Assembly: GCA_034431815.1 (NCBI GenBank)
Contig: DAOUCS010000132.1
Location: 1 to 55,401 of the forward strand
Source: Dehalococcoidia bacterium
GTDB taxonomy: Bacteria > Chloroflexota > Dehalococcoidia > Tepidiformales > Tepidiformaceae
Direction of reading: 5' to 3'
Length of the DNA: 55,401 bases
Shown: piece after piece, positions 34,412-43,169 of the stretch
Layout: every line of letters starts with the position of its first letter
Position numbering within the stretch: position 1 is the stretch's first letter
The notes under the pieces: model-generated
Told to the model about the DNA's origin: nothing
The model's input: only the letters and a program-made list of their open reading frames with translations
Databases searched by the model: none
Made by a program: the position numbers and the translations under genes

Positions 34412-35893
34412 ATGTTCGCCGCCACGGTAGGTTCAGGCGGCCAGAGGAGCGGCCGAGCGGCGTTGCCAGCGGAGCTGGGGCCGTCGGGGCTCGCGGTGCT
34501 CGCGGCGGGCATCTTCCTTTCTGTCCTCAATGCCTCGATGTCGGCCATCGTGCTCCCGTGGGTCCAACGGGACTTCGGAGTCCGCGATGACACGCTCGTG
34601 TGGTTCGTGACCGGCTTCCTGATTCCGTTTGCCATCGGGACGATGGCCTACGGCCGGCTGGCCGATTCCCTGCCGCTCCGGCCGCTCTACACGGCCGGAG
34701 TTGCGTTGTTCGCCGCCGGCTCGGCGCTGACCGCCGTCGCGCCGGAGTTCTGGACGGCTGCAGCGGCCCGAGCCGTACAGGGGGCGGGGGCAACGGCCCT
34801 ACCTGCCATGACCGTACCGGCCATCGTCAGGACTGCTGCTGAAGAACGGCGCCCGCGGGCGCTCGGCACGGTGGTTCTTGCTGTTGGGCTCGCATTCGGC
34901 GCGGGCCCCCTGGCGGGGGGCGCTCTCGCCGAATGGCAGGGATGGCGCACGCCGTTCTGGCTGACCGCCGCCGGGGCCGCGGTGCTTGCGGTCGCTGCCG
35001 TCAGGTGGCTGCCTTCCATCCCGCGTGCAGGACGGGTGCGATTCGATGGCGTTGGCCTGGCGATCCTGGCGGGCGCCATCGCTACAGCGGTCTACGCCCT
35101 GAACCAGCTCTCGAGGGCCGGCGGCGACCCGACGGTCAGCGTAGCGGGAGCCTCTGCTCTGGTGCTGTGGGGAGGCGTCATGGTAGCCACCTTCGTCCGA
35201 ACGGAGCCGCTCATCCCGCGCGAACTGCTGACGAACGCGCGGTTCGCCGCGCTGTGTGCCTTCGGAGCTATGGCCCAGGCGGCGCACTTCGCGGCGGTCG
35301 TACTCCTGCCGCTCTATTTCGCCCGGTACGAAGGGCTGTCGGCGGCAGAAACGGGAGTATGGCTCGCGCCGGGAGCGGCGTTGCTGGGACTGGGTGGCAT
35401 CGCCGTAGGGAGCGTCGCGAGGGGCGCCGGCATCCAGCGCGGGCTGGTGTGGAGCGGGTGGGGCATGCTCGTCGCCGCTGCGATGCTGCACCTCGTCGCG
35501 TTCGATTGGCCCCGGTGGGGCATCGCCGCCGTTTATGCGGCCCTCGCGGGGAGCTTCGGGCTCGCCAACACGCTGACCCTCCGTGCCGTCGCAGCCGAAG
35601 TGCCGGAGCGCTCGATCGGGAGGGGGATGGGCGCGTTCAACCTCGCGTTCTTCCTGGGAGGCGCAACGGCAGCGGCCCTCGCTGGTTCGATCCTGGAGCT
35701 TCAAGCGCAGCGGACAGAGTCCTGGGACCCGTTCGTGAGCGCCGAGGCCGTCGAATTCGCCGATGCCGCCCTCGTAGCCCTCGTCGCGGCGCTGGCTGCG
35801 TTCGCGGCGGCCTTGGCATATCCGAGGCTGCCGCGAGGCGCGGCAGGGACGTGGCGGCGGCCGGGGAGGTGGAAGCCGAATCGCCTCGCCTGA
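34412..35893 (+). CDS. MFS transporter (drug:H+ antiporter-like)
   Basis: ATG 34412 after GAGGAGGG. 493 aa, many TM segments. GRLADSLPLRP loop motif (G-R-L-x-D). Confidence 0.85.
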   Translation: MFAATVGSGGQRSGRAALPAELGPSGLAVLAAGIFLSVLNASMSAIVLPWVQRDFGVRDDTLVWFVTGFLIPFAIGTMAYGRLADSLPLRPLYTAGVALFAAGSALTAVAPEFWTAAAARAVQGAGATALPAMTVPAIVRTAAEERRPRALGTVVLAVGLAFGAGPLAGGALAEWQGWRTPFWLTAAGAAVLAVAAVRWLPSIPRAGRVRFDGVGLAILAGAIATAVYALNQLSRAGGDPTVSVAGASALVLWGGVMVATFVRTEPLIPRELLTNARFAALCAFGAMAQAAHFAAVVLLPLYFARYEGLSAAETGVWLAPGAALLGLGGIAVGSVARGAGIQRGLVWSGWGMLVAAAMLHLVAFDWPRWGIAAVYAALAGSFGLANTLTLRAVAAEVPERSIGRGMGAFNLAFFLGGATAAALAGSILELQAQRTESWDPFVSAEAVEFADAALVALVAALAAFAAALAYPRLPRGAAGTWRRPGRWKPNRLA

Positions 35894-35906
35894 ACGGAGG
35901 GCCGTG

Positions 35907-35912
35907 TATACT
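35907..35912 (+). promoter_or_regulatory. Candidate -10 hexamer TATACT at the head of the acnA leader
   Basis: gtgTATACTggcc sits in the loop of a hairpin (35894..35929) just after the MFS stop. No clear -35. It would give a leader of about 265 nt. Confidence 0.25.
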
Positions 35913-36059
35913 GGCCGTGTCTCCTCCGTACGTACCTGGCCCGGGCCCAACGGTCCCTGCGGCAAGGGAAGTCGCGGGTCCAGGTGGAGCGAGGCAGCCT
36001 CGGCGCCCCCCGAGGAGAGGGCCCAAGTACCGCCACCGCTGCGTGGAAGGAGGCTTGGG

Positions 36060-36188
36060 ATGGTCCAGCGCCAGGAACCGCCCGGAGGCCGGCCGACGGG
36101 TCGGCGGGCGAGGTTACCCGCGGCGCTTCCTCGGGACGGCGTTCTGCTTCCGTTCGGCACCCACTGCGCAGGGAAGGAGGCCCCATGA
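36060..36188 (+). other. Candidate 42-codon upstream ORF translationally coupled to acnA
   Basis: GGAAGGAGG (36045..36053) + 6 nt + ATG 36060. Its TGA (36186..36188) overlaps the acnA ATG (ATGA). The same GGAAGGAGG string recurs as the acnA SD (36171..36179). The peptide [42 protein letters not shown] is low-complexity and basic, so coding status is doubtful. Confidence 0.25.
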
Positions 36189-38971
36189 CTGCGAACTCGT
36201 TCGGCACCCTCGCTGAGCTCTCCAGCGGGGGGACGGTCTACCGGTATCACCGCCTGGCCGCCCTACAGGAGCGCGGTGTCGGGCATATCGACCGTCTGCC
36301 GTTTTCACTGCGCATCCTCCTCGAAAACCTGCTCCGTCAGGAGGACGGCCGGACGGTCACGAAGGACGACATCGAGGCGGTGGCGCGGTGGGAGCCGAAC
36401 TCGGGGCAGGGCCGCGAGATCGCCTTCATGCCCGCAAGGGTGCTGCTCCAGGACTTCACGGGCGTGCCGGTCGTGGTGGACTTGGCGGCCATGCGCGACG
36501 CCGTGCGCGCGATGGGCGGCGACCCGGCCCGCATCAACCCGCTCCAGCCAGTAGACCTGGTCATCGACCACTCGGTGCAGGTGGATGTCTACGGAACGCC
36601 CGATGCCTTCCAGCGGAACGTGGAGCTGGAGTTCGCGCGCAACCGGGAGCGGTACGTCTTCCTCCGCTGGGGCCAGAACGCCTTCCGGAACTTCCGGGTC
36701 GTGCCGCCCGGAACGGGCATCGTCCACCAGGTGAACCTGGAGTACCTCGCGAAGGTCGTCTTCAGCGAGGAACGCGACGGCGCACGCTGGGCGTTCCCCG
36801 ACACGCTCGTTGGCACCGATTCGCATACGACGATGATCAACGGACTGGGCGTCCTGGGGTGGGGCGTCGGGGGCATCGAGGCGGAGGCGGCGATGCTCGG
36901 CCAGCCGATCTCGATGCTCATCCCTGAGGTCGTCGGGTTCAAAATCACGGGCCAGCTGCCGGAGGGCGCCACCGGCACCGACGTCGTCCTGCGGGTGACG
37001 CAGATGCTCCGGCAGCGGGGCGTAGTCGGGAAGTTCGTCGAATTCTACGGCGAAGGGCTTGCCAGGCTTCCCCTGGCGACGCGCGCGACCATCGCCAATA
37101 TGGCGCCCGAGTACGGGGCGACCGTCGGCTTCTTCCCCATCGACGACGAAACCCTCGCCTACCTGCGGTTCAGCGGTCGGGACGAACAGCTCGTGCAGCT
37201 CGTTGAGGCTTACGCGAAAGCCCAGGGACTCTTCCGAACTGCCGACACGCCCGATCCTGTGTACTCGGACTACCTGGAGCTCGACCTGGGCGAGGTGGAG
37301 CCCTCGATCGCCGGGCCCCGGCGCCCGCAGGACCGCATCCCGCTGCGGGAGGCAAAGCGCCGCTGGCGTGAGTCGCTGGTCGAACTGCTAGGTCACGGCC
37401 CGAACGACCTGGACCCGGCACGACTCGCGAAATGGCTGGACGAAGGGGGGAACGCCGAGGCCCACCAGCATGGCGCTCCGCCCCCGGAGCCCCTGGGGCG
37501 AATCTTCGACCGGGCCCGGGCGGTGATGGATGGCGAGGAGTTCGAGCTGGAGCATGGAGCGGTCGTCATCGCCGCCATCACAAGCTGTACGAACACCTCG
37601 AATCCGGAGGTGATGCTGGGGGCCGGTATCCTTGCGAAGAAGGCGGTCGAGCGCGGCCTTCGCACGAAGCCGTGGGTGAAGACGAGCCTGGCGCCGGGCT
37701 CCCAGGTGGTGACGGAGTATCTGCGGGAGTCGGGTCTGCAGCGGTATCTCGACGAGCTCGGGTTCGCCCTCGTTGGCTACGGCTGTACGACCTGCATCGG
37801 GAACTCCGGACCGCTGCGCCCGGAGATCAGCCGGGCGATTCACGAGGGGAACCTGGTGGCGGCTGCCGTCCTTTCGGGCAACCGGAACTTCGAGGGCCGC
37901 ATCAATCCCGAGGTTCGGGCCAACTTCCTGGCCTCGCCGCCGCTGGTCGTCGCCTACGCCATCGCGGGGCGTATGGATATCGACCTCTACCGTGAGCCGC
38001 TCGGTACGGGGAGCGACGGCCAGCCGGTGTACCTGCGCGACATTTGGCCGAGCCAGGCCGAGATTCAGGAGGCAATCCGCTCTTACGTCCGCTCGGAGAT
38101 GTTCCGGCGGAAGTACGCGGACGTCTTCACCGGCCCGGAGGCCTGGCGGAATCTGGAAACGCCGGCGGGGGAGCTCTTCGAGTGGGACGAGGCCTCGACC
38201 TACATTCGCCGCCCCCCGTACTTCGACGACATGCCCGCAGAGCCGCCCCCGCTCCAGGAGATTCGGGGCGCCCGGGTGCTTGCGGTGCTGGGCGATTCCG
38301 TGACGACGGATCACATCTCGCCGGCGGGCAGCATCCCGGTGAACAGCCCGGCCGGGCAGTACCTCATCGCGCACGGGGTGCGTAAGGAGGAGTTCAATTC
38401 GTACGGAGCGCGCCGCGGCAACCACGAAGTGATGATGCGCGGCACCTTCGCGAACATCCGGCTGCGCAACCTGCTCGTCCCCGGCGCGGAAGGCGGCGTG
38501 ACCCGCCACTTCCCCAGCGGCGAGCAGATGACCATCTACGACGCGGCGATGCGGTACCGGGCCGAAGGGGTACCCCTCGTGGTGATCGCCGGGAAGGAGT
38601 ACGGCGCGGGCTCCTCACGCGACTGGGCAGCGAAGGGACCGGCGCTCCTCGGCGTGCGCGCCGTCATTGCCGAGTCGTACGAGCGCATCCACCGCAGCAA
38701 CCTGGTGGGCATGGGCGTCCTGCCGCTCCAGTTCCTCCCAGGAGAGAGCCGAGAGGCCCTGGGCCTGACCGGTGAGGAGACGTACACGATCGAGGGGATC
38801 GAGACGCTGCAGCCCGGAAGGCGTGTCAGCGTCACCGCTGTCGCGCCCGGGGGAGAGGTCAAGCGGTTCGAGGCGGTGGCGCGGATCGACACCCCGGTAG
38901 AGCTGGACTATTACCGGCACGGAGGGATTCTGCAGTACGTCCTGCGGCAGATCCTGCGGCAGGCACGCTGA
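36185..38971 (+). CDS. acnA: Aconitate hydratase A
   Basis: Internal ATG 36185 of track ORF 35984..38971. 928 aa. Full-length AcnA/IRP-type ([54 protein letters not shown]). Confidence 0.95.
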   Translation: MTANSFGTLAELSSGGTVYRYHRLAALQERGVGHIDRLPFSLRILLENLLRQEDGRTVTKDDIEAVARWEPNSGQGREIAFMPARVLLQDFTGVPVVVDLAAMRDAVRAMGGDPARINPLQPVDLVIDHSVQVDVYGTPDAFQRNVELEFARNRERYVFLRWGQNAFRNFRVVPPGTGIVHQVNLEYLAKVVFSEERDGARWAFPDTLVGTDSHTTMINGLGVLGWGVGGIEAEAAMLGQPISMLIPEVVGFKITGQLPEGATGTDVVLRVTQMLRQRGVVGKFVEFYGEGLARLPLATRATIANMAPEYGATVGFFPIDDETLAYLRFSGRDEQLVQLVEAYAKAQGLFRTADTPDPVYSDYLELDLGEVEPSIAGPRRPQDRIPLREAKRRWRESLVELLGHGPNDLDPARLAKWLDEGGNAEAHQHGAPPPEPLGRIFDRARAVMDGEEFELEHGAVVIAAITSCTNTSNPEVMLGAGILAKKAVERGLRTKPWVKTSLAPGSQVVTEYLRESGLQRYLDELGFALVGYGCTTCIGNSGPLRPEISRAIHEGNLVAAAVLSGNRNFEGRINPEVRANFLASPPLVVAYAIAGRMDIDLYREPLGTGSDGQPVYLRDIWPSQAEIQEAIRSYVRSEMFRRKYADVFTGPEAWRNLETPAGELFEWDEASTYIRRPPYFDDMPAEPPPLQEIRGARVLAVLGDSVTTDHISPAGSIPVNSPAGQYLIAHGVRKEEFNSYGARRGNHEVMMRGTFANIRLRNLLVPGAEGGVTRHFPSGEQMTIYDAAMRYRAEGVPLVVIAGKEYGAGSSRDWAAKGPALLGVRAVIAESYERIHRSNLVGMGVLPLQFLPGESREALGLTGEETYTIEGIETLQPGRRVSVTAVAPGGEVKRFEAVARIDTPVELDYYRHGGILQYVLRQILRQAR

Positions 38972-38994
38972 CGAGACACAGCGGAGAGAGGCGC

Positions 38995-39757
38995 AAAGTC
39001 CTGAACCCAATCGTGGAACTCGGTAGGGACGAAGTGGCGCGGATTTTGTCAAGGAGCGCCTCATCGTTCCCTTCCTCGATATCCCTATCGAGTACTACGA
39101 CCTCAGCATCGAGAACCGAGACGCCAGGTCACAATCGATGCGGCGCTGGCCATCGAGAAGCACGGCGTCGGGGTGAAGTGCGCCACCATCACGCCCGATG
39201 AGACACGGGTATAGGAATTCAGCCTGAAGCAGATGTGGAAGTCCCCTAATGGGACGATCCGACACATCATCGCCGGCGTGGTATTCCGAGAGCCGATCAT
39301 CTGCGCGAACATCCCGCGGCTTGTGCCGAGCTGTGTGGGCGTGCAAGCACTACGACGGCGATGTCAGTCGGACGTCGCCGCCCAAGGGTTCGGGTCGCTC
39401 GGGCTGATGACGTCGGTGCTGATGACGCCCGACGGCATGACGGTCGAGGCCGAAGCAGCCCACGGTACGGTGGCCCGCCACTACCGCGCCTGGCAGCGGG
39501 GCGAGAAGACATCGACAAACCCGATCGCCTCGATCTTCGCCTGGACGAGGGGACTCGCCCACCGCGGAAAGCTGGATGGGACACCGGACGTCGTCCGCTT
39601 CGCGGAGCAGCTCGAGCAGGCATGCGTGGAGGCCGTCGAGGCGGGCGAGATGACGAAGGACTTGGCGATCCTCGTCGGGCCCGACCATCCGTGGCTCACG
39701 ACGGAGGAATACCTTGCCGCAGTCGAGCGCCGGCTGCGCCAGAAGCTTGAATCCTGA
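38995..39757 (+). pseudogene. icd: Decayed NADP-isocitrate dehydrogenase (IDH1/2-like, subfamily II) pseudogene
   Basis: Homology to KV.NPIVELDGDEMTRIIW..KE.LI.PFLDI...[52 protein letters not shown]...FREPII..NIPRLVPGW ... [28 protein letters not shown]...[13 protein letters not shown]...[22 protein letters not shown] is spread over three frames. Lesions: no start codon; frameshifts near 39043..39047 and 39125; in-frame TAG 39212..39214; a missing central block (rough estimate about 170 codons) with a junction near 39329; a 1-nt deletion near 39366. Confidence 0.88.
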
Positions 39758-39775
39758 GCCCGGTGCAGACGACGC

Positions 39776-39803
39776 GCCGGGGCGCGGTACGCCGCGCCCC
39801 GGC
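39776..39803. terminator. Strong GC hairpin between convergent icd remnant and GNAT gene (possible bidirectional terminator)
   Basis: 12-bp perfect stem GCCGGGGCGCGG (39776..39787) / CCGCGCCCCGGC (39792..39803) closed by a UACG (UNCG-type) tetraloop. No U-tract on either side. Confidence 0.5.
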
Positions 39804-39814
39804 CGCTGTCGCGA

Positions 39815-40213
39815 TTATCGCCCGGAACCCCCGTGCACGCGTTCGAACCAAATCCCCTCATCAGGTCCCAGCCCGAAGAGGGGCCGCAGGCCGTGGCGGA
39901 TCCAGAAGTAGACGGCCAGGCCGAGGTCCCCGGGGGCCCAAGCACGAAGACGCGTGAAACCGGCTTCGGCCACGGCGGAAGCGAACGCGAATGCCGCGTC
40001 GGAGCCGCAGCCATAGCCCCGCTCGGCGGCATCGATGCAGAGTGAGAGAATGAGAACCGCGTCGCCCTCAGGAGCTGCGCGAAGCGTGCCCACCTGCTCA
40101 CCGTCCCCCAGGCGGACGATTTCGTATTGGACCTCCGAGCCGGCGGTCGCCTGAGCAACGAGCCGGACACGCTCGCCGCAGACTTCCGGAGGAAGCGTGA
40201 GGGCGTGCCTCAT
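39815..40213 (-). CDS. Small GNAT-family N-acetyltransferase
   Basis: ATG 40213 overlaps the dinG stop (ATGA). ERGYGCGSDAAF resembles the acetyl-CoA motif A (R/Q-x-x-G-x-G/A). 132 aa. Confidence 0.65.
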   Translation of the reverse strand: MRHALTLPPEVCGERVRLVAQATAGSEVQYEIVRLGDGEQVGTLRAAPEGDAVLILSLCIDAAERGYGCGSDAAFAFASAVAEAGFTRLRAWAPGDLGLAVYFWIRHGLRPLFGLGPDEGIWFERVHGGSGR

Positions 40214-42972
40214 CGCTCCAGCCACCTGCGGGTTTCGCGGACTACCGTCTCGAGGCCTGCCTTCAACTGCCGGCAGGCGGGGAGAGCATCGAGGAAGGCC
40301 CGCCCGTAACTCCTCTGGATGAGCCGCCGGTCGAGCACGACCACCACGCCCCGGTCCGCCCTGTGGCGAATGAGGCGGCCGAATCCCTGGCGGAAACGCA
40401 GGACTGCGGACGGGAGCGCGTATTCCCGGAAGGGGCTCTCGTACTGCTCCGAGCGGGCAAGGAAAACGGGGTCGGTCGGCACGGGGAATGGCAACCGGGT
40501 GATAACCAAGAGCGAGAGCGCCTCGCCGCGGATATCGACGCCTTCCCAGAAGCTCGCAGTGCCGAGCACGACAGTGTTGGGGTCGGTGCGGAGCTGTTCG
40601 ATGAGCTGCCGGGGACTCCCGTCAACGTCCTGAGCGAGCAGCAGCAAGCCCCGGTCCCGCAGTGCGCTTGCTGCTCGTTCGCGGACGGCGCGCAGCGCCT
40701 CGTGCGAGGTGAAGAGCACCAAGGCCCGGCCGCGAGAGGCTACCGCGAGCTGGACGACGGCCTCAGCAACCGCGTCGAGGTAGCCGGGAGCGCCCGGCTC
40801 GGGCAGGTCGGTGACCGTGGCCAGGAGCGCTGCTCGCTCGTAGTCGAACGGCGAGCCGAGCCGCACCGTCTCGGCATCGTCGAGCCCAAGGGCGCGGAGG
40901 GTGTACCGCTCGTCGTCGCCGGGGAAGAGGGTGGCGCTGGTGGCGATCACCGCGGAGCGCCCTTCGAAGAGGGAAGCCGCGATGAGGGGGCCGGGAGCGA
41001 GCGGGGCCGAGCGGAGGACGCCGGCACCGTCTCGGTCGCGCTCCGCCCACGTTACCTCGCCGTGCCACCCCTCGACGATGCGTTCCAGCGCTTCGCGCAC
41101 GCTCCGAACCCCTGTCACCGCGCCCGAGAGCTCGTCGGCAAGCAGGTCGTCGCCCTGAACAGGCGAGGAGGCAGCGGCGATGCGGACCGCCTCTTCCCCA
41201 GCGACCTCGACTGCCCGAAGCGCGGCATCGAGGGCGAACCAGGCGCTTTCAACGTCGGCCCATTCGGGCGAGGAACGGACAGCGCGGCTGAGCAGGACGC
41301 GCTCCTCGCCGCCCACGCGGGAAGCGACTCGGGCGACAGCTGCTACCAGGGGGTCGGCGAGCTCGCGGGCGTTCGAAGCGGCCCGAGCGAGCCGGGTCCC
41401 CGCTTCGGCGAGCGGTTCCAGCGCCGACTGCTGGAGGAGGACGGCGACACCACCTGAGCCTCTGCCCCTGCCAGCGGGGCGCCAGACGGTCTCCAGCGCC
41501 TCGAGGACGGCGCGGCGCGACACGGCGGCCCCAAATTGCTGCGTCGCGACGTCCTCGAGGTTGTGAGCCTCGTCGACAATGAGGAGGTCGTGGGCGGGAA
41601 CGGCGCTGCCGGCATGGACGGCGTCAGCGAGAAGCAGCGCGTGGTTGACGATCACCAGATGCGAGGCATCGGCAGCCCTCCTCGCTCGCTCCAGAAAACA
41701 GCTGCCTTCGCGCACTTCCCGTGCTTGCCGGCGGAGGCAGTCGGCGTCGTGGGCCGAGACGGCGTGCCAGGCGGCGTAGGCATCGCGGTCGAGGCGGAGC
41801 TCGGCGCGGTCGCCCGTCAGCGTTTCCGCCAGCCAGGGAATGACGTAGGCCGCCAGGCAGGCGGTCTCCGGTTCGGTGAGGAAGGCAGCGACGCGCGCCC
41901 GCCAGCGCCGCAGACAGAGGTAGTTCGAGCGGCCCTTCAGCACAGCGACGCGAAGCTCGTCCTCGCCGCTGATCAACCCGGCTTCCGCGAGAATTCGGCG
42001 AACGAGCGGAATGTCCTTGCGGAGCAACTGGTCTTGAAGGGAGAGCGTGTGGGTGGAGATAACAACCCGCCGCTGGTTGCGCAAGGCATACAGGGCGGCG
42101 GGCAGCAGGTAGGCGAGCGACTTTCCCACCCCGGTTCCCGCTTCGATGAGGTAGCGCCCCCCGAGCACGAGCGCGCGGCGCACGTGCTCGGCCATCTCCT
42201 TCTGCTCCGGGCGATCCTCGAAGTCCTCGAACACCAGCGCGGCGGCCGCGAACGCGCGCTCCAATTCCGCGCGCGAGACCGGCGACGGCTGGTCGGCGGG
42301 CTTCAATGGCGGCGGGAGCGAAGGAGGCGGAGCGAGAACCGAGCGCCAGCCGCCGGACGTCGGCTTGAGCGACACACCCGGGCCGGCGATGAGCTGGGCG
42401 AGCACCGGCTGTTCGAAGGCAAGCAGCTCGGCCCATTGGAGGCGGAGCCGCTCGTCGAGCTGCCAGGCCTCCCGCAGCAGCGCGAGGAACACCTGGGCAG
42501 CCGTCTCGGCATCAGCCAGCGCGCGGTGGGCGCCGTTCGTTTCGATACCGAAGTGGGCGGCAAGCTCAGCGAGCGTGCGTGACGGCAGGCGGTCGCGGAG
42601 GAGCGCACGGGCCAGGAAGGCGGTATCGATGGCGGCGCTCCCGCCACGGAACCCGGCTCGCCGCAGGTGGGCCAAATCGAATTCCACGTTTTGACCCACC
42701 AGCACCGCATCCCCGACGAAGGACTCCAGCTCTTCGACCACGCAGTCGATGGTGGGAGCTCCCTGCACATCGTCGGGCCCGATTCCGGTCAGGCGGACCA
42801 CGAAGTCGGGAATCTCGCGTTTAGGATCGACGAGCCGCTGAAAGGTCCGGTGCCGCGTGCCGTCGAGTGAGAAGGCCACCGCCCCAACCTCGATGATGGC
42901 ATCCTCGTGGGGATCGAGCCCGGTCGTCTCGACATCGAGGGCAACGAAGGTGAGGTCTTCGAGGCGGTTCAT
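40210..42972 (-). CDS. dinG: DinG-family (XPD/Rad3-like) helicase with N-terminal DnaQ-like 3'-5' exonuclease domain
   Basis: Internal ATG 42972. Exo motifs FVALDVETTGL, GQNVEFDL, AHRALADAE. Pro-rich linker. EAGTGVGKSLAYL (Walker A), VDEAHNL (DEAH). Four Cys between them (NYLC, TAC, DADC, GSC). Confidence 0.88.
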   Translation of the reverse strand: MNRLEDLTFVALDVETTGLDPHEDAIIEVGAVAFSLDGTRHRTFQRLVDPKREIPDFVVRLTGIGPDDVQGAPTIDCVVEELESFVGDAVLVGQNVEFDLAHLRRAGFRGGSAAIDTAFLARALLRDRLPSRTLAELAAHFGIETNGAHRALADAETAAQVFLALLREAWQLDERLRLQWAELLAFEQPVLAQLIAGPGVSLKPTSGGWRSVLAPPPSLPPPLKPADQPSPVSRAELERAFAAAALVFEDFEDRPEQKEMAEHVRRALVLGGRYLIEAGTGVGKSLAYLLPAALYALRNQRRVVISTHTLSLQDQLLRKDIPLVRRILAEAGLISGEDELRVAVLKGRSNYLCLRRWRARVAAFLTEPETACLAAYVIPWLAETLTGDRAELRLDRDAYAAWHAVSAHDADCLRRQAREVREGSCFLERARRAADASHLVIVNHALLLADAVHAGSAVPAHDLLIVDEAHNLEDVATQQFGAAVSRRAVLEALETVWRPAGRGRGSGGVAVLLQQSALEPLAEAGTRLARAASNARELADPLVAAVARVASRVGGEERVLLSRAVRSSPEWADVESAWFALDAALRAVEVAGEEAVRIAAASSPVQGDDLLADELSGAVTGVRSVREALERIVEGWHGEVTWAERDRDGAGVLRSAPLAPGPLIAASLFEGRSAVIATSATLFPGDDERYTLRALGLDDAETVRLGSPFDYERAALLATVTDLPEPGAPGYLDAVAEAVVQLAVASRGRALVLFTSHEALRAVRERAASALRDRGLLLLAQDVDGSPRQLIEQLRTDPNTVVLGTASFWEGVDIRGEALSLLVITRLPFPVPTDPVFLARSEQYESPFREYALPSAVLRFRQGFGRLIRHRADRGVVVVLDRRLIQRSYGRAFLDALPACRQLKAGLETVVRETRRWLER

Positions 42973-43087
42973 GGCTCGAACATCCGTGCTGCTCCGGGTG
43001 CAGTGTAGCGCGGGACCGGTCCCACGCCCTACCCCGTATCGACATGATGAGGGAGCGATGCGCCAGCTCTTGTCGTTCCTTCCGCGG

Positions 43088-43117
43088 TTGAGAGGGCAGG
43101 ATCGGCCTGCGTAGAAT
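43088..43117 (+). promoter_or_regulatory. Sigma-70-like promoter for the EF-G paralog (TTGAGA-N18-TAGAAT)
   Basis: TTGAGA 43088..43093, 18-nt spacer, TAGAAT 43112..43117, about 52 nt before ATG 43170. The 9-mer TAGAATCGG is shared with the glgC promoter. Confidence 0.45.
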
Positions 43118-43169
43118 CGGCCCACCAGCCCTTGGCGAGGAGAGCAACGGAAGCGGAGGCGCGAACGAG

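Noticed and set aside
35894-36184. Possible structured RNA gene (SRP RNA, 6S RNA or riboswitch) in the 291-nt MFS-acnA gap
   Set aside because: GGGUCCAGGUGGAGCGAGGCAGCC superficially resembles the SRP helix-8 string GGUCCGGAAGGAAGCAGCC, but it lacks the GNRA tetraloop and the symmetric-loop context. I recognised no TPP, B12, SAM, FMN or c-di-NMP riboswitch core motifs. Retained only as a structured-leader finding. An Rfam/Infernal scan would settle it.
39233-39757. 174-aa ORF as an intact small isocitrate-dehydrogenase-related CDS
   Set aside because: It is the 3' remnant of the decayed icd. It lacks the N-terminal and central domains, and it reads through a segment ([13 protein letters not shown]) that is out of frame relative to the conserved [13 protein letters not shown].
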